64,000 nt of DNA from Octopus sinensis (Eukaryota). The first letter of the stretch is position 1. Every line of letters begins with the position of its first letter. The position numbers and the translations under genes are program-made. Where the stretch lies: positions 36,394,001 through 36,458,000 of the forward strand of contig NC_043007.1 in NCBI RefSeq assembly GCF_006345805.1. The letters are read 5' to 3'. Of the stretch, positions 51,171-64,000 are shown piece after piece. Below the pieces are notes generated by a model that searched no databases, was not told the origin of the DNA, and saw only the letters and a list, made by a program, of their open reading frames with translations.

Positions 51171-51514
51171 GCTGGATCTACCAGCACACTCGGCAGTTTC
51201 TCATTACTCCAAATAGACCAGATGGTCATATCCAGTGAGCTCATTTGTCCAGTCTTAAAGTCTTTCAAAAAATGCCACAAACATGATTGTCTTGTGATTG
51301 TTTTGTGTAATTGCTACCATACTCTTTACTCTCTTAATTGTTTCAGTCATTTGACCACGGCCATGCTGGAGCACTACCTTTAGTCGAGCAAGTCGACTCC
51401 AGGACTTATTCTTTATAAGCCTAATACTTATTCTATCAGTCTCTTTTGCTGAAGATAAACACACCAGCATCAGTTGTCAAGTGATGCTGGGGGGGGGGCA
51501 AACAAAGACACACA

Positions 51515-51567
<53 letters not shown>

Positions 51568-51961
51568 GACGGGCTTCTTTCAGTTTCCGTCTACCAAATC
51601 CACTCACAAGGTTTTGGTCGGTCCGAGGCTATAGTAGAAGACACTTGCCCAAGGTACCACGCAGTGGGACTGAACCCGGAACCATGTGGTTGGTAAGCAA
51701 GCTACTTACCACACATCCACTCCTGTGCCTAATAATAATTCTTTTAAAATTTTAAATGAAACAGAAAAATAATTCTCCCTTTACTCATTCTGGTAACAAA
51801 GACCTTTAAATTACTACAAACAAGATTGAATTTCTAAAATCTCTACTTACAGATCATATGTTGTGACTCAATAACTAAACTTATTCACAGATGCACATAG
51901 AATGCCTTATTATAATCAATAACTGAATGGATAGAAAACCATTTGTTGACCAGAAATTTAC

Positions 51962-52060
51962 CTGTGGAAATGGTGATTCTGAAGCAAGCAGCACATTCTC
52001 AGGTTTCAGATCACAATGAACAATGTTCTTCACATGAAGATGTCTCAGAGCAACAAGAAC
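51962..52060 (-). CDS. PRKD: Protein kinase D exon (catalytic loop)
   Basis: [33 protein letters not shown]; 99 nt. Confidence 0.97.
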
Positions 52061-52271
52061 CTATATGATGAAACAAACAAAAAAAAAAAAAATGAGTAAA
52101 TAAAAATACATAGCAAAAGTAAACAAAAACAAAAGATAATAATTAAAATAACAGAATCTAAGATAAACGGAACAATAAGAATGTGATATGTGACATTACA
52201 AACACCAATTTGAGACTTTTAGTTGAATAAAAATTTTTTAAAAATAAAAAAAAATAAAAAAAAAAAAAAAA

Positions 52272-52311
<40 letters not shown>

Positions 52312-52679
52312 TAATAATAATAATGTATGGAAAACACTCGGCGAGAAACGGAAGAAAATTTGAAGAAAGAAGGAAAAAACATAATAATAATAATAATAAT
52401 ATGGTTTCAAATTTTGGCACAAGAAGGGGTAAGTCGATTACATTGACTCCAATGTTCAAATGGTACTTATGTTATTGACCTTAAAAAGACGAAAGGCAAA
52501 GTCAACCTTTGAACTCAGAACATAAAAACATGAAATGTTGCAAAGCATTTTGCCCAGTGTGCTAACGACTCTGCCAACTTGCTGCCTTAACAACAACAAC
52601 AATAATAATAATAATGGTTTCAAATATTGGCACAGAGCCAGCAGTTTTTAAGGAGATGAGAAGTCGTTACATTGCCCTC

Positions 52680-52970
52680 CCCATCCCCCAACCAACCAAC
52701 TGATTGACTGATTGACCAACTAACTGACTAAACATTAAATCAACTGACGACTGACCACCAGGTTAACCGACTGACTGACCACCAATCTAACCAACTGACT
52801 GACCACAAAACCAACCAACTGACTGATCACTAAACCGACCGACTGACTTGCTACCAAGCCAACAAACTGACTGTTCAATAAATCACCCAACCACCCAATC
52901 AACTAACCAACTAACTTCCCAACCAGCTATGCAACTAACCAACTAACTGACCACCCAACCAACTGAACAA
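52680..52970. repeat. Mosaic tetranucleotide tract (AACC/AACT/GACT/GACC)
   Basis: Direct reading. Confidence 0.8.
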
Positions 52971-53397
52971 ACAAATGAGAAAACAAACAAAAAAAATGTT
53001 CAGTCATTTTTTTTTTTATTTCATGCTTGATAAAACTTGACTGATTAATCAAATGGAAAATGGCTCAGTGGTATTGCACTATTTTGGATACATCAAAGTA
53101 ATTTACATTTATTTCCAGAAAAAATTTAGTAGTAAATAAATAAATAAATAATTGAGAACAAAGCGAAATGTTTAAAACAGAAAAAAGTGTTAAACTAATT
53201 ATTTGGTTTCCCATAAGTCTGTCTGGCGTTTTGAGGAGAGAAAAATAGAGTTCTATGTTGCATTCTTTTATTCTGGGACATTTGGTGCATGTAAATATGT
53301 TTGTGTAAATAATTAAATATGTGTGTACATACATATTTACACACGCGCACACACACACACACACACACACATATACATATATATATATATGTGTGCA

Positions 53398-53432
<35 letters not shown>

Positions 53433-53433
<1 letters not shown>

Positions 53434-53611
53434 ACGGAAGGTTTACGAAAATAAACAAAAGACGAAGGTAGGTGGAGTACAAACAAACAATGTATTAGTA
53501 TGGCGCTCAGGAATAGAAATAAAACAAGTCTTTTACGTTTCGAGCCTACGCTCTTCGACAGAAAGATACACAGAAAAGAAACAAGGAGAGAAAAAAATGC
53601 GTGTAGGGGCT
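53433..53611 (-). mobile_element. ~180-bp hammerhead-containing element embedded in (TA)/(TG) microsatellite
   Basis: Unique CpG-containing segment bounded on both sides by dinucleotide tracts. Confidence 0.6.
53529..53566 (-). ncRNA. Minimal type-I hammerhead ribozyme motif with variant core (CUGUCGA)
   Basis: Minus strand TCTTT-CTGTCGA-A-GAGC-GTAG-GCTC-GAAA-CG-TA-AAAGA: stem I TCTTT/AAAGA, stem II GAGC/GCTC, GUA cleavage triplet. Confidence 0.6.
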
Positions 53612-53620
53612 GTGTGTATG

Positions 53621-53655
<35 letters not shown>

Positions 53656-53695
53656 GACTTCAACAGCATTTGAATCTAAAACAAACGAGGAGTAC

Positions 53696-53800
53696 CTGTG
53701 ATATCACATATTTTGTGACCCTTTCTCCTAGCCTCTTCTTAGGTGTAGACAAAATCATTTCAAGCATGTCCCCTTCTAATTTCTCCATCACAACATAAAT
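53696..53800 (-). CDS. PRKD: Protein kinase D exon (hinge)
   Basis: [35 protein letters not shown]; 105 nt. Confidence 0.96.
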
Positions 53801-54078
53801 CTGAAAAGTAAAAAGTAAAAAGAAAAGAAAAAAGAAAAACAGAAGGTAAAAAATAAGAACTAGTTGAATTTTTACAAAATTTCAAAAAGTGAAATGAATA
53901 ATTACAAAATTTTCATTCGTGTAATTGTTTTGCAAGATTCCTGATGTAAAATTATGTTGAAACAGATATTGTCTTATTTTCAATGGTCATTTTTCTTTCT
54001 CTTATTTCTTTATTGCCCACAAGGGGCTAAACATAGAGGGGACAAACATGGACAACAACAACAACATGTTGTTGTGTC

Positions 54079-54115
<37 letters not shown>

Positions 54116-54888
54116 GTAATAACAACAACAATAATAATAATAATAACAATGATGATGATGATGCAATACCAAGCAATGGCTCTCATGACTTCTCATCTTA
54201 ACTGATTGGAAGTGTTATGATGTACATGATTTGTCTTGGTATAAAATATGTGCTTCAGCAAATATTCTGCTCAATACCACAGATTTGCTTGTTAGTTGTT
54301 TGACCATAACCAGTTGTGCATGTCTCTTAGTGGCTGACAATATGTGCATCTCTGATCATGGCAGGAGTAGCCATGTGTTGAGAGGAATTCCTTGGGGTTT
54401 GAGTAATTTACTTTGAGCAAGGTGAGCTACTTGACATGAAGAAAATTCTAACTGGGCCCCACCTGCAAGGTCATGCATTGTTTACCTTGAAATGAGATCA
54501 CCATGTCACGCACAAATGGTTGTGATGCCTGTACCTGGTGTACCCTTATCAGACAAGAAGTCATGATGGGTATACTGGACTTTGTATATTTGTACCCCAC
54601 TGTCACTTTGATGGCATGCATCTCTCTCTCACTTGATAATAATAAGAGTCTTTACATATACTCTGCATTGAGAGACCTTTTCTTACTACATGTAGCAATG
54701 CTGTATAGGCATCATAATCTGCCTTTCATTCTGAGAGACTAAATTTCTGTAGTAATACACACATACATGTGTATGCATTGCAAAATATTTGGTTGAACAT
54801 GTAGAGATATTAAACAGAGTAGGAAAACATTTTTATAAAATATAAAATTCTCAAAAATTCTCCATAAAACACACAAAAGAGGTCTTAC

Positions 54889-54945
54889 TTTGGCAGAAGT
54901 TTCAAACATCTCTTCCAAGTTAACAACACCAGGATGCTGCAGGCT
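54889..54945 (-). CDS. PRKD: Protein kinase D exon
   Basis: SLQHPGVVNLEEMFETSAK; 57 nt. Confidence 0.95.
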
Positions 54946-55519
54946 CTGTGAACAAATAGATAGAGAAATGAATAGGTAAGCAAAAACAGAAATATGCATC
55001 CACAGATATATATATATATATATATATATAAATATCTAAGTACAAAGTGAGGTAGGGGTTATGAGTGTAACCCACTATGGGATATCATTTATCCAATATA
55101 CTGCCAGTAAAGTACCCAGAAAGGCTAATACATAAATGCTAAGAATTGCATTGCAATTAATTCATTTATTGTATTATATGGGCGAAGGTAAAATGCTTTA
55201 CCTCAAATTCATAATACAAAATAAGAAAATGGAGGAATAGATTTCTTTCAATCATCAACTACCAGATCATACCAATTCATATAATTTATTAACTAATTAT
55301 TTAGATTAAATAGGAACATCCAAATCCAACAGAATAATACAGAATATATAAATATATATGTACATATATAATTATAATTTAGGGTATCTAAGAGATACCG
55401 CCATGCTGGAAAAAGCAGCCAAAATCTGACTCTAAAACCACATTAAATGTTAATACAACACTAGGAGAGATGACAAAAAGACAAAATAAACTAGGAAAAA
55501 ATTACTGGATATCCAGTAG

Positions 55520-56262
55520 TTTTTTGCTAGTATTCAGATTATTCTGTCAGATGTAATGCTTCTTTATCGACATCGTTTTAAATTAATCACGCATTATCTT
55601 GTAGCTTCAAGATTTTCATAACGTGATTGCTTATCTTTAGAGGAACATTGTAGGGTAGGTTTGAGAGGCTGGATCTGGCCTGTTTGAACAAACAATGGGT
55701 AGAATATTTAAGCCAGATATGGCCGATTTGAATACCGTAAATCCTCGAGTATAGACCGCCCTTGAGTATAATATGCAGGAGATTTTTTAGGGGGCTCTAG
55801 CTCTGAAAAACCTAAACCTTGTGTATAATACGCACCCCATCTCTAACTTGAGTCAAGGAGGTCTATATAACGTCCTTGATTTGTAAAAATGTATACGGTA
55901 ACATCCTTTATTATTATTGTATATATAACATAATGCAAACGTGTAGCTTTTTTGTGCATTTTGTTTGCAGAAAATAAAGAAATAACAGTAATAACGTTTA
56001 ATAAACATTGCTTACTGCAAGTTATGGATGATTCTTTTATGACTTCATTGCTTTCAGGCTTAGCTTAAGGAATTTTTGCACCCGACATCACAAAATGCAT
56101 CTGAATAAACATTGCCGGACAGCAAATAGAAACTCGGACATTGCTTAGAAAATAATTTTCATTTTTAACCTTGTATATAGTACGCACTAGGGATTTTGAC
56201 CATTAAATTTTGGTGGAAATTTGCGGATTATACTCAAGGATTTATGGTACTAAAAGGGTTAA
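55520..56262. mobile_element. piggyBac-type MITE interrupted by a pogo/Tigger-type MITE (55733-56249)
   Basis: Inner: TA-CCGTAAATCCTCGAGTATA...TATACTCAAGGATTTATGG-TA. The outer element resumes CTAAAAGGG-TTAA. Confidence 0.75.
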
Positions 56263-56353
56263 ATATTGGAGTAACTTCCAAGAAAGTGTTCCATGACTCC
56301 GAGTATTTCTGGTGGTGCATAAAAAAAAGCTAACTAGAAGTAATTACACTTAC

Positions 56354-56460
56354 TTGTAATATAGATACTTCGTTTTTCAGACGAGCTTCCTGCTTGGTTG
56401 GAAATTTCACTTTGTCGATGACTTTTACCGCAACTGGAAGCTGTGACTGCTTGTGGTGGC
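56354..56460 (-). CDS. PRKD: Protein kinase D exon (VAVK lysine, alphaC); most 5' exon found
   Basis: (G)HHKQSQLPVAVKVIDKVKFPTKQEARLKNEVSILQ; 107 nt. The upstream GSGQFG exon was not found in 56461-64000. Confidence 0.95.
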
Positions 56461-57610
56461 CTAGAGAAACAATAAGAAACAAAATTCAGTAAATACATGA
56501 AAAATAGGGTTCTGCAACTTGCTGGTGGGGTGGGGTGAGGCATCATAGGTGACAGTGACTGAAGAATGGAGCAAGAGTGGACTGGTGACGGAAAAATCCA
56601 GATTTCTGGACCCTAAAAGATCTATCTTCTGTGATGGAAGTGGGACCATTAGTGTTGTCGTCATTGTTCCTTAGCATGGAAAACAGGCATTAAAGAAGAA
56701 GGAGGAGGAGGAGGAGGAGAAGAAGAAGATGAAAAAGGAGAAGAAGAAGGACGAGAAGAAGAAGGAGAAGAAGAAGAAGAAGAAGAAGAAGAAGAAGGTG
56801 GTGGTGCTGGTGGTGATGATGTATACACCTATCAAACCAAGTGAAATCATAGCTTGAGAGGACCCATCAAATTCCACCGAGGTCGACTTTGCCTTTCATC
56901 CTTTCGGGGGTCAATTAAATAAGTACCAGTTACACACTGGGGTCGATCTAATCGACTTAATCCCTTTGTCTGTCCTTGTTTGTCCCTTCTATGTTTAGCC
57001 CCTTGTGGGCAATAAAGAAATAAGAAACCAAGCCAAATCAGACTGGAACCTGGTACAGCTCTCTGACTTACCAGTTTCAGTCAAACCATCTGAGCCATGC
57101 TAATATGGAAAGCAGACGTTAAAGGATGATGGCGTTGACCTATGACAAAGAGTTCCAACCACGACCATCCATACTTTTATATTATTGAGAATTACATTGG
57201 CCAATGTCTTCTTTATTATTTTATTTCAAGATAACTCTTTTACTTGTTTGTCATTTGACCGTGGCCATGCTGGAGCATCAACTTTTGTCAAGCAAATCGA
57301 CCACCAGGACTTATTCTTTGTAAGACTAGCACTTATCCTATCGGTCTCTTTTGCTGAATTGCTAAGTTACGGGGACGTAAACACACCAGCATCAGTTGTC
57401 AAGTGATGTTGGGGAGACAAACACAGACATACACACACACACACACACATATATATACGACAGGCTTCTTTCAGTTTCCGTCTACCAAATCCATTCACAA
57501 GGCTTTGGTCGGCCCGAGGCTATGCTAGAAGACACTTGCCCAAGGTGCCACACAGTGGGTCTGAACTCGGAACCATGTGGTTCATAAGCAAGCTACTTAC
57601 CACACAGCCA

Positions 57611-57640
<30 letters not shown>

Positions 57641-57650
<10 letters not shown>

Positions 57651-57916
57651 ATTTTGGGATGGTCATTTTTATTTTTTTTTTTTGCCAAATAAACACATAC
57701 ACTATATGTTTGTTCTTCACTCATTTATTACTGTTCTACTTTCTTTTTCTTGTTTTAACTCATGTCCATTGTCTAGACAATGGACATGAATTAAGAAAAG
57801 AAAAAAAAAACAAAAACAGTAATAAATGAGTAAGAACAAATATTTAGTGCTTGTGTTTATTTGGCAAAAAAAAATATTAAAAAAATAAAAATGACCATCC
57901 CAAAATACATCAATAT
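57641..57916. repeat. Fold-back palindrome, ~135-bp arms, no spacer
   Basis: Perfect 30-bp core TCATGTCCATTGTCTAGACAATGGACATGA (57760-57789); imperfect outer arms. Confidence 0.9.
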
Positions 57917-58068
57917 CTATTTCAACACACGATTTCACATCAGTAATCTTGCAAAACAAATTGATAAACGTGTATATATATATATTTCTCTTTATATGTG
58001 TGTGTTTGTGTGTGTGTAAATATGAGAAGGAGAACAAAGAGGGATAGAGTAGAGACAGAAAGAGGTGC

Positions 58069-58361
<293 letters not shown>

Positions 58362-58583
58362 CACTTTTGTGTTTGCCCAGCATTATACTTGACAACTGCC
58401 GTTGGTTTGATGATTACATCCTTGTAACTCAATAATTCAGCCAAAAGAGCCCCAGAGAATGAGTACCTGACTTAAAATAAGTAGTGGGGTCGGTTTTGTT
58501 TGAATGTAACAAGTAAAAGAATAAATAATACATACACATGAATGTATATAAAATATTCATACATATACATACATGTAAGATTT

Positions 58584-58676
<93 letters not shown>

Positions 58677-58762
58677 TACACATATGCACACATATAACAT
58701 CTATATGCATATATTTATACATATATATGTATGTGTGTGTGTTCTTCTTCCATCTTGTATTT

Positions 58763-58795
<33 letters not shown>

Positions 58796-59810
58796 TTATG
58801 TGTATATATATATTACATTGTATTGATTTTTAAGTTATTTCATTTGTCTTTGCAGTGTTGTGTATTTCATTTCCTTCTCTTTATATGTGCACATGTATAT
58901 GTATGTGTGTGTGTGTATATGTGTATGTGTGTAAATATAAATGGGGTGGAGGCAGAGAGGGATAGAGTAGAGATAGAGAGAAAGAGGTGAGTATAAAGAA
59001 TGCAGGTTCCTAATTAAAAAAAAATACATGTATAAATTGCTTGTGTTAAAACCTAACAAGGAGCAGCTGAGCATGAAGTATTTGTTTGAACAAAGCAATA
59101 TCAGAATTATTGGCCTCTACAGCAACAGGAATACAGAATGGACAATGTTAAACCAACAGAGAATGAAGGAGAGAGACAGAGACAGAGAGACAAAGAGAGA
59201 GACAGAGAGAGAGAAGGGGAGGCAGAAAGAAGAATTATAAATACAGTGAAGAATGGAAGCTCAAAATAAGAGGATTGATTTGCTGGAATCTAAATTATTA
59301 TTATACTGTTTTCTTATAAGGATATTGGACTGGCAGAATTGCTAGAACATCAGACAAAATGATTTGCATTTAGTTCTGGTTCTTTAAGTTCTGAATTGAA
59401 ATCTTCACTGAGGTTGACTTTGCTTTTCATCCTTCAGTGGTTGATAAAATAATTTACTATTTGAGCACTTGGATTGATGTAATCAGCTGACCCTCCCACG
59501 CACATAAAATTGAAGGCCTTGTGCTAAAATTTGAAAGTCAGTGAGCTACTGAAGGACCGTTGCAATAAGTGTGTAAATCTGAGAGGGGAATATGTTCGAT
59601 AAAACCATAATTAACTGATCCTCGGTATTTTCTTTTAGCCAAAGCCAGGGACTTTTCAGCAGCCCCCTTATGTATGCCCCCCCACCCACTTTCTATGCCT
59701 TTGAAACTAAGTTAAGTTCTTTGGCTTTATGTATCCTAGGGCTCATTCCAAGTTTAAGATTAAGTACACTGTCAAGGAGTGTCAAATTATTCTCTACGCA
59801 ACATATAATA

Positions 59811-60358
59811 TATTGGGTTGTCCGGAAAGTTTGTGCCAATTTTTAAAGGAAAGAAAAAGGTCAATAAATACTTGCCATTACATCTTTAATCAACCAAATA
59901 TGAACCATTTTGTTGCACAATGTGTCTCCATCTTTCCTTTAACTTGAAAACACCCTCTTCCCAGAATTGAGGTGGTTTCATGGCAAAGAATTCATCAAGG
60001 TAACTTTTTATGTCATTCAAGGAATGGAAATTTTTACCATTAAGACTATTCTGCAGATACCTGAAATATCTGGTGAATATGGAGGGTGGGGTGACACATC
60101 CCAGCTGAGCTGCAGCAATTTTTGTCTGGTTCCCAAAGCATCAAGTGCCAAAAATGAACTTTCTTATCTTCCATTTTAAAGGGTTACAAAATTAACACAG
60201 GTTATAAGAACATAAACCATCTTTCACGAAAAGATAGCTTAAACTGTGCTCTAAATGGAGGTGTAGTCAAATCCTATTTTATGGACTCAACCATGTTCTA
60301 AAATAAGTCAAAAGGTAAGCTGCTATAAATCGGCACAAACTTTCCGGACAACCCAATA
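59811..60358 (-). mobile_element. Internally deleted mariner element, same family as 6044-6613
   Basis: Same TIRs, TA TSDs and the same deletion junction. Confidence 0.85.
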
Positions 60359-62192
60359 CATATCAAACTCACAAAATTAGACAAAGCATGGTGAAAGACA
60401 ATCCAAACTCAAGTGAAACTTCACACTCAGTCCACCCAGCTGTAAATGAGTTTCAGAAGCAGCTGGAAAGTTAACACTGTGACAGACCAGCATCCTGTTT
60501 AGTGGAGACAGTTGTAACTTAATAAACTTCAGCTGTATGTATCCTATGGCTTATGACAAACGTCAGTCATAAATCTTTAGAAGAAGGGGATAGTCATGAA
60601 GTATAGAATTATTCTCCACGCAATATATATATACACCTACCCAAACTCAGGTCTATGAAATGTACACCTGAGTGTTAAATTATAAATTATGTATAAGCGA
60701 GTTTGTATATGTGAGCATGTCAGTAAGTGTGAAGTGTATATAGACAAAGCAAAGTGAAATAGAGAAAAGACAAGGTGGACCTAAAACAAACATCATGCAC
60801 TCCCTACTATCAGAATTCTGCTCCAGAAAAATCCAAAACAGGCCACGGGCAAGAACAGCTCCTTTACTAAATGCAGTGCACCAAGGTGCAAACAATAGTT
60901 ACATTGTTTCAAGATGATGAAGAGGAATTCATTCCCAACAATCAGTGAAGCAAACAGCTGTACTATCATAGAATTAGTCTGATTTCTGTAGATGCTCCAA
61001 GGGCATGTGGTGCGTGTGTGTGTGTGTACATGGATACACATGTGTGTCTGTCGTTGTGTGTATGTGTCCATGTGAGTGTATGTGTTTGAACATGTGTGTA
61101 TGCAAGCATGCAAATGCATATATGCATGTATGTGTACATGTGCATGTGGACATGTTAATGTGTGTGTGAGCTGGGAGAGTGGATATGTGTGTATGTGTGC
61201 ATGTGCATATGCAAAGATAAATGTGTAAAAGAACATGAATGGGAACATGTATGCGTATGTGTGTATATACATAAACACATGCACAAACATATGAATACAT
61301 GTATATTTGTATTCATATGTTTGTGCATGTGTTTATGTATATGTATGTGTGTTCTTGTGTACATGTACATTTGTATTTGTGTATATGTATGTGTGTACTT
61401 TAAAAAGTAGTAAAGGAGGTATCTGCATGTTATTAGACATGTGCATGCAAGTGTATTTATAATGCATATGTTTTGTGAAAGCCTCTGTTTTCATTCATTA
61501 GTTGTGTATATAGATGTGCATTGCTACATATGCAAGTGTATATGCATACATTTGTGCAGCATTGTGTGTATGCGTATACACACACACACACACTTTTCTT
61601 CTTAAAGTTTCACATATCTGTTCATGAGTTGGTTGTGATCAAGTCTTGATCACAACTGTCTGACAAACAGGAATGTGAAACTCGGAGTAACATTTTTTGT
61701 GGTGCTTTTGCAGCTTTAATAAAAAGGCATATTATTCTACTTTCAGTATTTGAGTACTATTTTTTCCACCTTGTCTTGCATTTATGTGCTTACTTATATA
61801 TATATGAGTGTAGTGGGTGCTTTTTATGTGCCACTGGCACAGGAGCCAGAGGAGGCTGGCAATGGCCATAATCAGTTGGTGCTTTTTATGTGCCATCAGC
61901 ACAGACGCCAGTCAAGGCGGCGCTGGCCTCAGCCACGTTTGGATGGTGCTTTTTACGTGCCACGGGCATGGTTATCATTACTACAATTTCCATTTGATTT
62001 TTATTTTGATGTTGATGTACTTGACTCAATAGGTCTCCTCAAGCACAGCAGGTTGCCCTACGATCCAAGGTGAGCACAGCAGGCTGTCCTGAGCCATGAA
62101 CCCACTTTATTTGTCGGGTCTTTGTAGTCATAGCATATCTCCAGAAGTCTCGGTCTTTCATCATTACTTCTGTGAGGCCCAACGTTCGAAGG

Positions 62193-62229
<37 letters not shown>

Positions 62230-63558
62230 CCTCAGCTGAAGGGGTTTTGCTTTGCATGTGCCCTCATGCCAGTCCTCATAAAAAGCTTCCATGCTGGTCC
62301 ATGCACAAAGCACCCAGCACACTCTGTAAAGTGGCTGACATTAGGAAAGGGCATCCAGCCATAGAAACTGAGTGAAATCAGAATGGAACCCAGTAGTAGC
62401 TCTCCAGCTCACCAGCCTTGATCAAACCATCCAACCCATGCCAGCATGGAAAACAGATGATGATGATGATGATGATATAATGTTTGTGCATGCATGTATA
62501 TGTATGAGGATGTTGCATTTTACAGGCATTTGTACATGAGCATACATATTTGCAATTTAGAATATATTATTCTATGTTTGCATGTGTGTGCGTGTGTGTG
62601 CATGCGTGTGTGTTGGGCGATGGACACAGCATCATTAACCTTTTTGATACCAATCAGTCTGAAACCACCCATGGTTCTATAATACAAACTTCCTGTTTAA
62701 AGTCATCTCAATTAAAACCGTCCATCAAATTTGACATTAATTTATGTTCCAAATACCAGCCGAACAACGACAAAGCCATTTTACTAAATTCTTCTTTATT
62801 TTCAAAAGTAATTGAAGCAAAAGCCAGCAAAGTTAATGTTTTTACTGCAAAGACTGAAAAAGAATAACATCGGCTTGTTTGAAGGTGATGCTCCTTTATA
62901 ACCATCATCTGATATCAAGAAAAGGGTACACATAACACACACAAACGCATGCATATATGCACATGTATACACACACACACACACACACACACATACAAGC
63001 ATATGACAGGTTTCTTCTAGTTTCCATCTACCAAATCCACCTGCAAGGATTTGATAAGCCTAGAGCTATAGCAGAAAATACTTGCCCAAAATGCTGAGAG
63101 CTCATGGTTGGTAATCAATCTTTTTCACCACACATCCACACCTTTCTACATAAATATATCTACAAAATCACAAATATACACAAACACTAACGAATATGCT
63201 CATACAGATACATACACATGCACACAACATGTGCACATAGACACTCACATATGTATACATACATGCGTGCATGCACACACACACACACACACACATGACA
63301 TGCTTCTTCCAGTTTCCATCTACTAAATCCACTTGCAAAGCTTCGGTAGGCCAAGGGCTGTAGTAGGAAATACTTGCCCAAAGAGCTGTACTGTAGAACT
63401 GAACCTGAGACCTCATGTAGGACTGAACCTGAGACCAAATCTGAGACCAGTCATAAAAGTCCCAAGTTTGATTCCACAGAGTGGCATCTTGGGCAAATGT
63501 CTTTCAACATTGCTCCAAATCAATCCGAGCCCTGTGAGTGAAATTGGGTTAATAGAAA

Positions 63559-63962
63559 CCTATTTCTTTACTACCCACAAGGGGCCAAACAAGGACAGAC
63601 AAACGGATTAAGTCGATTACATCGACCCCAGTGCATAACTGGTACTTAATTTATCTAACCCGAAAGGATGAAAGGCAAAGTCGACCTCGGCAGAATTTGA
63701 ACTCAGAACGTAAAGACAGACGAAATACCTATTTCTTTATTACCCACAAGGGGCTAAACACAGAGGGGGACAAACAAGGACAGACAAATGGATTAAGTCG
63801 ATTACATCGACACCAGTGCGTAACTGGTACTTAATTTATCAACCCCGAAAGGATGAAAGGCAAAGTCGACCTCAGCAGAATTTGAACTCAGAACGTAACG
63901 GCAGATGAAATACCACTAAGCATTTCGCCCGGCATGCTAACGTTTCTGCCAGCTCGCCGCCT
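63559..63962 (-). mobile_element. Head-to-tail multimer of SINE family B
   Basis: Two full cores plus a junction remnant; junction AAAGAAATAG|GTATTTC as at about 5780. Confidence 0.85.
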
Positions 63963-64000
63963 TATTCGCCTTTATTCATGTTAAAGCATGAATAAATACA

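Noticed and set aside
62708-62908. Minus-strand ORF/acceptor as a candidate upstream PRKD exon; also 59050-59130
   Set aside because: Neither resembles the PKD PH domain or the expected YQIF.DEVLGSGQFG segment.

Overview
AT-rich, microsatellite- and transposon-dense animal DNA. The repeat families look like those of octopus (inferred from recalled repeat sequences, not a search). Two host genes are supported, both on the minus strand: (i) ALG5 (dolichyl-phosphate beta-glucosyltransferase), an uninterrupted ORF from 833 running off the left edge; (ii) the 3' half of a protein kinase D (PRKD) gene, nine coding exons from 56460 to the stop at 35424, all with GT-AG boundaries and matching phases. 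A tRNA-Arg(CCT) gene sits antisense in a PRKD intron. The rest is mobile DNA: several tRNA-derived SINE families, RTE, CR1 and R4/Dong-type LINE 3' ends, a Naiad-type Penelope-like fragment, mariner relics, piggyBac-, pogo- and Merlin-like MITEs, two non-autonomous Helitrons, a 35-bp satellite with a 680-bp higher-order duplication, and fold-back palindromes. The most striking observations are two minimal type-I hammerhead ribozyme folds in short non-coding repeats. One follows a tRNA-like Pol III head; the other has a core variant (A6U) and lies on the sense strand of a PRKD intron. All coordinates were counted by hand; repeat boundaries are approximate unless a TSD is quoted.
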